Assembly (NCBI GenBank): GCA_958413765.1
Contig: CATYVH010000004.1
Span: 38,672 to 102,671 of the forward strand
From: an uncultured Collinsella sp.
GTDB lineage: Bacteria; Actinomycetota; Coriobacteriia; Coriobacteriales; Coriobacteriaceae
Direction of reading: 5' to 3'
Length of the DNA stretch: 64,000 bases
A model generated the notes under the pieces. That model searched no databases and had not been told where the DNA came from. It saw only the letters and a list, made by a program, of their open reading frames with translations. Both the position numbers and the translations under genes were made by a program. Below are positions 9,385 through 20,044 of this stretch, piece after piece (position 1 is the stretch's first letter; every line of letters starts with the position of its first letter).

Positions 9385-9867
9385 CTGTAAACAATCTCCT
9401 CAGGTCATACGCTTGCGATTAATTGTAGATAGACAGAATTGAACAGGAGGCAACAATATTTGAAACTGTTGTTTTGCGCACCCCGGATCAACCAACATAC
9501 CCCAGAAAGGTCGCTGATGTTGACTGGGGTTCCCGTAAAACCCCAACAAAAAATGTGCGGAGTGCCGGCCTGAAACTGCCTTCGGACCCTATTGGCTGCA
9601 CACCGAGAGGCTCCGCTATGAAACGCCCCCTTTACCACCCGCTCTGTGCGACCGCGTGCACGTCCATGGTCAACGCGACGATGCCTATGGCAGCCATTGC
9701 AGAGGGGGTTCAGCCTCAGAAGGCCGCCGAGCAGCAGGCGCAAGCCGTGAGGTCGAGCTCAGCGTTGCTTTTGAATGCAGAAAAACGAGTCCGAACGCAG
9801 CGGCGTCCGGTCCTCTTGGCAGGTCCCATCTTGGGTTGATGTCCACAAAACTAGCCCTTGCGGTCGG

Positions 9868-10686
9868 TTAAACAAGTTTCAGCAGCCTTTGATACTCTCC
9901 GGGATCACGCATACGCATAATATCCATGTATGTTCTGCTTTTTGCGACCATGATATCGTCGAACTTGGATAGGCCGTGCCCGCTCGCTCTTGTGACAACC
10001 ATGCGGTCGTCGCAAAAATATGAAAGAAAGGTGTCCTTGCCGGGATGGTGTATCCGTCGGACGTCGAGCACGTTCCGGAAGTCATAGTAAAGTGCGGCGT
10101 TGGCGGTTTCCTCAAGTTCAGGCAGTCTGTCGATGCCTTCAAAGCGGCAAGGATAAATTAGCAGCAAGTTTTTCGAATGACTGATTGAGCGAAGAAGTCC
10201 TCGGGCCTCACGGTCTTCTTCGCTCAATTGTTTATTACTCTCAGTTTTTATAAGCTCGTCAAGCTTGGCGAGGCTGTAATCCCTGAGAATTGCATGCAGG
10301 CGTAAGCCTCTCTGTTCTTTTACATGACTTCTGCAAAGTTGTTCTAAAGTTATTCCGCGGTCTGAAACTCGCCTTGACGAAGTGAGACTTACGGCGCGCA
10401 TCATGGATTTTCCGAAGATGAGCTTGAAATCTAACTGATACGCGTCTGATACCGCATCACACTCCCCATTTGCCTCGGATACGGGCGCATGAAACTCCGC
10501 ACCTCTGGTCAGTTCCTTGAAAGCGTTAGAGTGGTTGATGAGCTCGCGCGTCCATTCCTCGTATGTATATAACGGACGCCCAGAATAGTCTTGCATGAGG
10601 TCCTTAACAAACAATTCTGGGGTAATCATTGCGGATTTAAGTCTCTCGGCTCCGGGAACGGCTTCAATAAGCCTCTTATCTATCAC
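9868..10686 (-). CDS. Hypothetical protein (272 aa), no recognisable domain
   Basis: Long ORF in a low-GC context with codon usage similar to its neighbours. Located between the RT and the TM protein on the same strand. Confidence 0.55.
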   Translation of the reverse strand: MIDKRLIEAVPGAERLKSAMITPELFVKDLMQDYSGRPLYTYEEWTRELINHSNAFKELTRGAEFHAPVSEANGECDAVSDAYQLDFKLIFGKSMMRAVSLTSSRRVSDRGITLEQLCRSHVKEQRGLRLHAILRDYSLAKLDELIKTESNKQLSEEDREARGLLRSISHSKNLLLIYPCRFEGIDRLPELEETANAALYYDFRNVLDVRRIHHPGKDTFLSYFCDDRMVVTRASGHGLSKFDDIMVAKSRTYMDIMRMRDPGEYQRLLKLV

Positions 10687-11250
10687 TGTGGCCTCCTCTT
10701 TGCGGTAGTTTTACGGATGTTGACGGAAGCCGTTCCAGCAGGGTACGCCAAAGTTGGCCGAGCGAGCGGCCCGTCCTGGCTCGGAAGGGTCCGTGCCTTC
10801 GCCTAGAATACGCGCACCATGGCGCGTTCAGGCCGCTTTCGGGGTTATCCTGGCCGTTTCCATGGCAACCTCGCGCTACTTCTCGGAGAGGAAGATGGCC
10901 GAGTTGCACGACGCGGCGCTGCGAAGGGGAGCATCGTGCTGTCGTGACTGGGCCGAGCTGGAAAAGACTGCCGGGAAGATGGTCGAATCCAGCCTTGAGC
11001 TTGCCGACAGAGTGGAGTCGGCCTAGGATATCGATAGATTCCGGATCCTGGACACAGGGGCCAAGGAGTCCATTACACCAACTTTCGCGACACTACCGTT
11101 CTTGTCATATCATTCTGATGTTCGGCTCGAGTTTCAGAGGCATCGTTCCGCGACCGCGTGAAGGCACATCAATTGTTACCTAGTGATCGGAATTGGCCGA
11201 TATCGATTTAGTATTTATGGCTATGAATAATCCAGCGCTAAAGCCATCGT

Positions 11251-12705
11251 TTACTGAGCACTCAAGCGTTTAATCTTCCTATAAATCTTAGCCTCGTCGG
11301 GGGCAATCGGATCATTTGGAAACGCCTTTTGGGCTCTCGCTACGTAGGAAAGAAAGTTCCCATAGCGAGAAAATGCAGAAGGGTCAGCATCACCCGAGGG
11401 GCATAGCCTTCTTCCCTTAATACCGAGTGGTGAATAATGTTGATATAGAGCGGAGACGCGCTTTTTTGATGCGTGTCTCCCCTCTCCCTCATTAGAACGC
11501 GCAATCGCAGTGGCCGCCTCACGGAGACGCTTATGGTACCTTCCAACCGTAGACTGTCGAAGTCTTACAACGCGCCCGTCAAAGTCAAACCCCAGGAAAC
11601 TGACTTTCTGCGCCGGATGTACACCGGAGTACGGATAGACCTTACCCGCACGACCGCTTTCAAAATCAAGCTGAGCAACTCCGCCGCCATCAACCCGGAA
11701 CACCTTGGTTTTCTCAGGCTGCAGTTTAACGGAATCAACATCGGCCATGAGATTGATGGCCTCTACAAGTGCATCAAAGCCAGACTTTGGAACGGCAATA
11801 ATAAAGTCATCGCAATAACGAAGATACAAACCGCCAACCCGTTCGACGGCAAGCCTGACTTTCATGTCGATATCGGCCATATAGATGTTAGCGAGCACTC
11901 CGCTTGCGGCAAGACCCTGAGGAATTCCCAGCCCAATACCCGTTCGCTTCCACGGCCTGGTGAGGACCTTACTTTTGTTTGCAAGAAACTCAGACTTTGG
12001 CAAGATGACATCCAGCTTATTAAGTTCGCGAATAGACTTGAACCGGAGCTCGATAGCTGCATCGCTGATCATTTTCTCCCGAGTAGGATCGATTGCTGGC
12101 CATGGCAATTCATGTCGAGCAGCCAAATCGGCAATAGGCCAGCACGAATAGCGAAGGATATTTTTAATGACTTGATAGTGATCGTCCGGCAAGCGTCCAC
12201 TGGGAAACAATGAACGCAACGACGTCATTAGATGGACATGATTTAAGTTGTCGAAGAAGCTCTCGAAATCACCCGTAAGCACAAAAGCCGAATCTTGCTC
12301 GCGTATATAATCGAAGGCCATTTTAGCTGAGGAAATATTGCTGACAGCAGTTACGGCGCCGCATGATGAAAGCGAAGAGCGGTACGCCACGGCAACCTCA
12401 TTAAACTCTTCGGCAATAGCCTTCTTGTTATATAAGTCCGACCAAAGATAAGAGTAGTACTGGAAGACGCGGTGATCGAAATGCGAGGCATATGCGATAT
12501 TGCGAACCTTGCAGCTTCGCTTACCTCCACGATACCGAACAGCAATGATCTCGTTGGAAATTAAAGGGTAGAACGCGTGGTGAGAAACGTACTCTGAATC
12601 TAAGATCTTGGTCTGAGCTTCGGCAAAAGAAACCCTATGATCAAAATGGGCATATGAACTTTTGGAACTATATCGAGGAATACGAGTGCTATCGAACTCG
12701 GCCAA
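11251..12705 (-). CDS. Stand-alone reverse transcriptase (defense-associated / Abi / UG-type, no maturase or endonuclease domain)
   Basis: 484 aa. RT motifs: KVRNIAYASHFDHRVFQYYSY (motifs 1/2), FESFFDNLNH (motif 3), GIPQGLAASGVLANIYM (motif 4), YLRYCDDFIIAV (YxDD, motif 5), LQPEKTKVF (motif 6), FLGFDF (motif 7). Confidence 0.85.
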   Translation of the reverse strand: MAEFDSTRIPRYSSKSSYAHFDHRVSFAEAQTKILDSEYVSHHAFYPLISNEIIAVRYRGGKRSCKVRNIAYASHFDHRVFQYYSYLWSDLYNKKAIAEEFNEVAVAYRSSLSSCGAVTAVSNISSAKMAFDYIREQDSAFVLTGDFESFFDNLNHVHLMTSLRSLFPSGRLPDDHYQVIKNILRYSCWPIADLAARHELPWPAIDPTREKMISDAAIELRFKSIRELNKLDVILPKSEFLANKSKVLTRPWKRTGIGLGIPQGLAASGVLANIYMADIDMKVRLAVERVGGLYLRYCDDFIIAVPKSGFDALVEAINLMADVDSVKLQPEKTKVFRVDGGGVAQLDFESGRAGKVYPYSGVHPAQKVSFLGFDFDGRVVRLRQSTVGRYHKRLREAATAIARSNEGEGRHASKKRVSALYQHYSPLGIKGRRLCPSGDADPSAFSRYGNFLSYVARAQKAFPNDPIAPDEAKIYRKIKRLSAQ

Positions 12706-13604
12706 AATACCCCCAAATAAATCAACCTGTCCGGATCAACAAGCGGCGGCTAACCCTCCCCGGACAGGCTAATTAAAGGCGCAGCAAGTGCAACCAACGC
12801 TTTCGCGGCCACCTAAAACAATGATTGCCTATGTCATACTAGACGAAAGCGAGGAATTGGTACTTATGACCATCGAAGCCCTTATCCAGCTAGCCGCAGG
12901 CAACGCTGGCGTCAATGTTGCGAACGTCGAAATTTCGTCGTTTGCTATATTGACGGCAGTAGCGTACCCCATCGCCAATTCGCGATGGGCCGGTTTGTTT
13001 ATTCCCCATTCATGGGTCGATTAAACAGATTATGAGAAATAGACTCACGCAGTGAATAACGCCCTGCTGCAAATCCGGATGCGTTGATGTCCAGAATAAA
13101 GGCCAGAGTAATGCGACAAGGGGGCGAGTTCATCGATTCACCAGTGCACTTGCTGTCGACCATGGCGCACAGCGGGACAGATCGATACTGGAGCGAAGTC
13201 TGCCGAGCTCGAAGCCATAGTTGGGAGAATCGTCCGCGACAACAATGCGTCCGCGTGCTCGAAATCGATGGACACACGCCTGGACGTCGCAGCGCTTGTT
13301 ATCGAGGCGGGCGGCAACCCCGAGCGCAAACAATCCGAGACATCGTTCACGAGACTACGCGTGCCAGCTTGATTGAGGCTTTCTGCGACATCTGCCATCA
13401 GCGACAAAGAAAATAGAGAGACGAAGCACACGACGGCAAAAAGTACCCATGAAGTCTGTCTTGACGGAGTCGAGAAAGTTGATATCACGGATTGACAACC
13501 ATAGGGGCGCATTTCGCACAACCGCGCAATCTCGCGCGAGGATGTTTGACAAACAGTGGAATATATGATTCGGCCCATAAACCACAACATAGAAAGGTAA
13601 CGAC

Positions 13605-13802
13605 ATGGACCAAACGACCCGGCAATATCTGGATTCTCTGCTTGCGACTGCGCTACCAAACGGAAAGGCGTTCGTAAGGCGAGAGGATATGCCCCTAGCA
13701 AACAAGCTCATAGATCTCGGAGCCGCTTATAATCGCATCGAGTATGCAGACTTGAGCGGGAATTGTTGGATACAGCTCAGGAACTCGGCGCGATTCTTAT
13801 AA
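13605..13802 (+). CDS. Small ORF (65 aa) with RBS GAAAGG, hypothetical
   Basis: gaaaggtaacgacATG context. Only a plausible small gene, in an otherwise non-coding stretch upstream of the RT. Confidence 0.25.
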   Translation: MDQTTRQYLDSLLATALPNGKAFVRREDMPLANKLIDLGAAYNRIEYADLSGNCWIQLRNSARFL

Positions 13803-13825
13803 ACCAACCGTCAACGTTTCAAATG

Positions 13826-13862
13826 CAAAAAATCGGTCCCTCGAGACTCCTCGAGGGACCGA
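13826..13862. terminator. Bidirectional rho-independent terminator (terminates the rfbCD transcript on the minus strand)
   Basis: Perfect hairpin TCGGTCCCTCGAG-ACT-CCTCGAGGGACCGA. Minus-strand reading is followed by TTTTTTGCATTTG. Confidence 0.75.
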
Positions 13863-13866
13863 TTCA

Positions 13867-15324
13867 TTACACGAGCGTCTTGAGGTACTCCCCCAGCTCT
13901 TCCTCCCAGTCGGGCATGTGGAAGCCGACCGACTCGAGCCTGGACAGGTCGAGCGCGGAGTGGACCGGGCGCGGGGCGACGGGGCCGGCGGCATTCGCGT
14001 AGTAGTCGGAGGTGCTGACCGGCACGACCCTGTCGCCGTTGCCGTTGGCGTCCTCGAAGACGGCGCGGGCGACGTCGGCCCAGCTCTTGACGGCGCCGGA
14101 ACCCGTGCAGTCGTAGGTGCCGTAGGGGGCGTGCGTCCCCAGCACGTGGAAGATGGCCTGCGCCATGTCGCGGGTGAAGGTCAGGCGGCCCAGCTGGTCA
14201 TCCACGACGGTGACCTTGTCCAGCTTGTCCTCGGGGTCGGCGACGCGGTCGGAGAGCGCCTTCATGGTCTTCACGAAGTTGTGCCCCTCGCCGATGACCC
14301 AGGAGCTGCGCATGATGTAGTGGCGCGGGCACCCGGCCACGGCGATGTCGCCGGCGGCCTTGGTCTGGCCGTAGACGGACAGCGGGCTGAGGGGCTCGTC
14401 CTCGGTATGGACCTCGGCGGTGCCGTCGAAGACGTAGTCGCTGGACACGTGGACCAGCGTGATGCCGTGCCCGGCGCAGGCGCGGGCGAGAAGCGCCGGG
14501 CCGGTGGCGTTGGCCTTCCATGCAATCACGCGGCCCTCGGGGGTCTCCGCTCTGTCCACGGCGGTGTAGGCGCCGCAGTTGATGACGGTGCCGTAGAGCG
14601 ACCAGTCGTACTGCGCGTAGGCCTCCGGGTCGGACATGTCGAAGGTGTCGATGTCGCAGAAGTCGAAGTCCTTGGCGACGCCGCGCTCCTCGGCCAGCGC
14701 GCGCACAGCATGGCCCAGCTGGCCGTTGCAGCCGGTGACGAGCGTGCGCTTGGGCGCCATCGGGACGACGTCCTTCAACATCGGGTGGTTTTTGTCCGCC
14801 TCGGAGACGGTGGCCCGGTCCAGCGGGATCGGCCACTCGATGGCGAGCTCGGGGTCGGCGAGGTTCACGAAGGTGTAGGTCCTCTTCAGCTCGAGGGACC
14901 AGTGGGCGTCCACCAGGTAGGTGTAGGCGGTGCCGTCCTCCAGCGCCTGGAAGGAGTTGCCCACGCCGCGCGGGACGTAGATGGCCTTGGAGGGGTCCAG
15001 CACGGTCGTGTAGACCTTGCCGAAGGTGGCGCTGCCCTCGCGCAGGTCCACCCAGGCGCCGAAGACCGAGCCGCGGGCCACGGAGATGAACTTGTCCCAG
15101 GGCTCGGCGTGGATGCCGCGTGTGACGCCGCGGCTGTCGTTGTAGGAGATGTTGTTCTGGACGACGCGGAGGTCGGGGATCCCGAGTTCGGTCATCTTGG
15201 CGCGCTGCCAGTTCTCCTTGAACCAGCCGCGCGAGTCGCCGTGGACGGCCAGGTCGACGACCTTGAGGCCCTCGATGCCGGTCTCGGCGACCTTCAGGTC
15301 CTTCTCGAATGCGATGTCAGCCAT
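13867..15324 (-). CDS. rfbCD: Bifunctional dTDP-4-dehydrorhamnose 3,5-epimerase / dTDP-4-dehydrorhamnose reductase (RfbC-RfbD fusion)
   Basis: N-terminal half is RmlC-like (GDSRGWFKENW..., cupin). C-terminal half is RmlD-like (TLVTGCNGQLG..., VHVSSDYVFDG, YGQTK). Confidence 0.9.
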   Translation of the reverse strand: MADIAFEKDLKVAETGIEGLKVVDLAVHGDSRGWFKENWQRAKMTELGIPDLRVVQNNISYNDSRGVTRGIHAEPWDKFISVARGSVFGAWVDLREGSATFGKVYTTVLDPSKAIYVPRGVGNSFQALEDGTAYTYLVDAHWSLELKRTYTFVNLADPELAIEWPIPLDRATVSEADKNHPMLKDVVPMAPKRTLVTGCNGQLGHAVRALAEERGVAKDFDFCDIDTFDMSDPEAYAQYDWSLYGTVINCGAYTAVDRAETPEGRVIAWKANATGPALLARACAGHGITLVHVSSDYVFDGTAEVHTEDEPLSPLSVYGQTKAAGDIAVAGCPRHYIMRSSWVIGEGHNFVKTMKALSDRVADPEDKLDKVTVVDDQLGRLTFTRDMAQAIFHVLGTHAPYGTYDCTGSGAVKSWADVARAVFEDANGNGDRVVPVSTSDYYANAAGPVAPRPVHSALDLSRLESVGFHMPDWEEELGEYLKTLV

Positions 15325-15394
15325 GTGGGAAAAGCTCCTATCGAAGAGATTGGGTAACCGGGGCGCCCGCGGTGCGGTTCGCCGGGATGCGGTC

Positions 15395-16426
<1,032 letters not shown>

Positions 16427-17338
16427 CTAGTACTCGCGCGGGCTGTTGACGATCTCGCCGGCGGCGACCTTCTTGAGGTGCTGGCCGTAGACCGACTTGC
16501 CGTAGGCCTCGGCAGCCTGCTTGAGCCCCTCGGTCGTGATCCAGCCGTTCTCCCAGGCGATCTCCTCGGGAACGGACACGGGAAGGTCCTGGGAGTGCTC
16601 GACGGCGCGGACGAACTCCGCGGCCTCGTGCAGGCTCTCCATGGTGCCGGTGTCCAGCCACGCGTACCCGCGGCCCAGGGTCACGACGGACAGCGTCCCC
16701 TCCTCCAGGTACATCTGGTTGAGCGTGGTGATCTCCAGTTCCCCGCGCGCGGACGGCTTGACCTCATGCGCCTTGGCGGCGACGTCACCCGGGTAGAAGT
16801 ACAGGCCGGTGACGGCGTAGGAGCTCTTGGGCTCGGCGGGCTTCTCCTCGATGGAGACGGCCCTCCCCTCGCCGTCGAACTCCACGACGCCGAAGCGCTC
16901 GGGGTCGTCCACGTGGTAGCCGAAGACCGTGGCCCTCCCCGACTCGGCGTTCTGGACGGCGCGCGTCAGGTGGCGCGACAGGCCGTTGCCGTAGAAGATG
17001 TTGTCGCCGAGCACCAGGGCGCACGGCTCGCCGGCGATGAACTCCTCGCCGATGGTGAAGGCCTGGGCCAGGCCGTCCGGCGAGGGCTGCTCGGCGTAGG
17101 AGAGGTTCACGCCGTAGCGCGAGCCGTCCCCGAGCAGGCGCTCGAAGTTGGGCAGGTCCGTCGGCGTGGAGATGACCAGGATGTCCCGGATGCCCGCCAG
17201 CATGAGGGTGGACAGCGGGTAGTAGATCATGGGCTTGTCGTAGACCGGCAGCAGCTGCTTGGAGGTCACGAGCGTGAGCGGGTACAGGCGGGTGCCGGAC
17301 CCGCCGGCGAGGATGATGCCTTTCATATTAAAATCCAA
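16427..17338 (-). CDS. rfbA: Glucose-1-phosphate thymidylyltransferase
   Basis: [18 protein letters not shown] signature. Likely true start is ATG 17326. Confidence 0.9.
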   Translation of the reverse strand: MDFNMKGIILAGGSGTRLYPLTLVTSKQLLPVYDKPMIYYPLSTLMLAGIRDILVISTPTDLPNFERLLGDGSRYGVNLSYAEQPSPDGLAQAFTIGEEFIAGEPCALVLGDNIFYGNGLSRHLTRAVQNAESGRATVFGYHVDDPERFGVVEFDGEGRAVSIEEKPAEPKSSYAVTGLYFYPGDVAAKAHEVKPSARGELEITTLNQMYLEEGTLSVVTLGRGYAWLDTGTMESLHEAAEFVRAVEHSQDLPVSVPEEIAWENGWITTEGLKQAAEAYGKSVYGQHLKKVAAGEIVNSPREY

Positions 17339-17353
17339 TCCATTTTGATGTAG

Positions 17354-18769
17354 CTATCGCTGCTTCTTAAGTTTGGTCAAACATGAAGCAACGCTTTTCA
17401 GCGCAGAATGATTGAGCAAGAGATAGCCAACGTAGACTAATGCATACAGAATCGCCGCAGTTCCACCAGATAAAAGCTCAGCGAACAAGACGAAAGCGAC
17501 TGTAAGCAGGATCTCCTGAAACGGCCTAGTTGAACCCGGGGCGCAAAGCTGTTCGTTCAGATAGAGCTCGGACCACAACGACCTGCCAATAATGCAGATA
17601 ACGGCGCCACACAGGACGGCGTCGAGCGAGTTAAGGACAAGAACACCGAATATCGAAAAAACAGCGCTACAAATAACAGTGACGATATTCAACTTCAGGA
17701 GCAGCTGTTCTTTACGAAGTACCTTGAAATAGGTAGTACAGCAAAGGCTCATCTTTGTATTGAAGACGCATATCGGAAGTAAGAGCGCAAAGTATTTGAG
17801 GCTTTCGGCATATTGAGGAAGCCATATCCCCAAAAACCAAACCATAGGGAAATAGAGTAAATAGATCGCAGGGAAAATAAGCTCGATAGAATTCCTTATG
17901 CCAATGTAAAAACGAACCCTCTCATCTTCAGAGCCTGTCCTAAGGGCAGGAAATAAAACCATACTCGCCTGTGAGACGAAGGTGATGAAGAAATTCACCA
18001 GAGAGAGGGAGAACGAAATTTTTGCAAAGGCGACGATACCCCAAAAATGATCGATAAGAAACCTAGATACCCCGAGGATTAGTGTGTCGGCGATGTTCGC
18101 AATCATCAGCTTCACGCCGACGATGATACTGCGGATGCCGTCCTTAAGCGAATTGCCAAAAGACACTGATTTAGCGCGTAGGATATCCCTGCCCATCCAA
18201 GAGCAATATATGAGCGCAATAATTTTCGAAACGAGATACGCGTAGACATAGGGATGGTAGTCCGAAACCTTAAATCCAATTAAAACAAGGAGCGGAGCCA
18301 GAAACACCAGCCTGTCTAGCATTGTAGAAAACGAAAAAAGCTTAGTTTCGTTCATGGCCTGAAAGACAAAGCCCAAATAACTTGTCAGGTTATATACGAC
18401 GGTGTAAAGCGCGAAAGACGCGATAACAAATAACCGATTTGCATCATCGACGAGAGGCAGCGAAGCCAAAGTGATGCCGAGGCAAATCACTGCCTGGAAA
18501 CAAGCACCGAAGATATACTGGGATTTGATTGAGCTCTTATCGATTTCATCACGAGAGAGACCCCCGTTAATCAGGTAGACACCATCATTCAGGCCAAGGT
18601 GAAAAAAGCCGGAATAGGTCGTATAAAACATGAACAGTTGCCAGTATCCATAATCAGCAACGCCAACGATTTTCGGCACGAGCAGCGACATGACGACACT
18701 GACCGATAGAGAAATAAACTGTGCAGCAAACGCAATCATAGTGTTGCGTGCGATAGACGAATAATTCAT
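17354..18769 (-). CDS. wzx: Polysaccharide flippase (Wzx / MOP-superfamily oligosaccharide translocase)
   Basis: 471 aa, 12-14 predicted TM segments. Low GC typical of serotype-specific polysaccharide genes. Confidence 0.75.
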   Translation of the reverse strand: MNYSSIARNTMIAFAAQFISLSVSVVMSLLVPKIVGVADYGYWQLFMFYTTYSGFFHLGLNDGVYLINGGLSRDEIDKSSIKSQYIFGACFQAVICLGITLASLPLVDDANRLFVIASFALYTVVYNLTSYLGFVFQAMNETKLFSFSTMLDRLVFLAPLLVLIGFKVSDYHPYVYAYLVSKIIALIYCSWMGRDILRAKSVSFGNSLKDGIRSIIVGVKLMIANIADTLILGVSRFLIDHFWGIVAFAKISFSLSLVNFFITFVSQASMVLFPALRTGSEDERVRFYIGIRNSIELIFPAIYLLYFPMVWFLGIWLPQYAESLKYFALLLPICVFNTKMSLCCTTYFKVLRKEQLLLKLNIVTVICSAVFSIFGVLVLNSLDAVLCGAVICIIGRSLWSELYLNEQLCAPGSTRPFQEILLTVAFVLFAELLSGGTAAILYALVYVGYLLLNHSALKSVASCLTKLKKQR

Positions 18770-18802
18770 TCAACCTCGTTTGTTTAAACTAGCAACCTTG
18801 AT

Positions 18803-20044
18803 TTATTCAGAAATCAAAATAGGGCCTGACTCGCACAAATCTGAATACCGAGCACTCGTTCTACCCAGAACGAGTCCACAGGAAACAAACAAGATGACCG
18901 TTGGCACCCACCAACCAAGCTCGCAATAAAACATGAGCTCCGCGCAGCATATGCAGGAAACGGAAAATAGTACTTGATCGAGTTCGCAACCCGACCTGAA
19001 CGAACCGATACCAGCGGAAATTAGCAAGAATACAAAACTACAAATTCCAAGAAAACCATATTCATACAGCATTGCAAGGAAACCATTATCCACCGTTGAA
19101 AAACCGCTAATTTCAACCGTCGTGCCCAGCATAGTCATGCGACTACTGCCATAACCATTTCCAGTAAGCCAAAACAGCGGCCTGCTTAAAAAGCTATGAA
19201 TAATATAGGCAATGGCTCCGGAACGCTGGCTATATGAAACATCAGTTTCAAGCTCACCAAATCGAGAAGCCACAAAGTTAAACAGTCCAAACTTGTAGAG
19301 AATGAAAACGAGTAGCAATACAGCTGGAACTAAAAGCGCAATTAAATTCCATTTAGAATACTCGGGGTTCTTTAGGCGAAAGATCAGGTACACCGATGCT
19401 AAAGCAATGAGAATAATCCACGCGCTACGACTCTTTGTCAGAAGCAGAGCGACCAAAAGAACTACAGAGTATAAGAGACGTTTCATCCTGCCCGTCTCCA
19501 ATTTATAGTTGATTACAACAGCAATAACTATCATTTGGCCAAATACGATTGCATGACCGAAAAAACTACGCAGTCGATACAAGGATGGATTATCAATCGT
19601 TACAGTTTGCAGAAAAGAAAAGGAACCATTTGTAACTAGTCGTTGACCTAAAACAATTTCAAGGACAAAGCTAAATAGGCAGGCGAACACCATAACGTTG
19701 CGAAGCATAAGCAATGCAGACTCAACCCAGTCATCGTTCTTTACTTTGCCGTAAATATAACCAAGAAGGATGCAAAAGAAATACGAGCAGACCGTAAGGA
19801 GGGATTCATTAATGCTTCGGGACGTAAACGCAATGGCAGAAAAGAAAACCATCGCGCCCATAACGACAATGGGAATAGCGTTATTTAAAAACACTTTGTA
19901 GAGGCGCCCAGAAAGAACTTCTTTGAAAACGAGCAATCCTAGAACAGAAAAAAATAGTCCTTTAACGGGAGAAATGACACTTAAGATTGCGGCAAAAATC
20001 AAAATAGTGAATTCATTAGTAAATAGCTCAAGCATTCTAAACAC
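18803..20044 (-). CDS. O-antigen ligase/polymerase-like (Wzy-type) membrane protein
   Basis: 413 aa multi-TM protein. LLLTKSRSAWIILIALASVYL resembles the O-antigen ligase TxSRG motif region. Confidence 0.65.
   Translation of the reverse strand: MFRMLELFTNEFTILIFAAILSVISPVKGLFFSVLGLLVFKEVLSGRLYKVFLNNAIPIVVMGAMVFFSAIAFTSRSINESLLTVCSYFFCILLGYIYGKVKNDDWVESALLMLRNVMVFACLFSFVLEIVLGQRLVTNGSFSFLQTVTIDNPSLYRLRSFFGHAIVFGQMIVIAVVINYKLETGRMKRLLYSVVLLVALLLTKSRSAWIILIALASVYLIFRLKNPEYSKWNLIALLVPAVLLLVFILYKFGLFNFVASRFGELETDVSYSQRSGAIAYIIHSFLSRPLFWLTGNGYGSSRMTMLGTTVEISGFSTVDNGFLAMLYEYGFLGICSFVFLLISAGIGSFRSGCELDQVLFSVSCICCAELMFYCELGWWVPTVILFVSCGLVLGRTSARYSDLCESGPILISE

Noticed and set aside
10754-11026. 90-aa plus-strand ORF in the GC-rich spacer 3' of the RT
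   Set aside because: No RBS, Ala/Arg-rich composition, lies in a candidate ncRNA region. Kept only as a remote possibility.
4270-13866. Integrase, transposase or tRNA target marking the island as an integrative element
   Set aside because: No recombinase-like ORF or tRNA found in or next to the island. The tRNAs in the window are 30-40 kb away.
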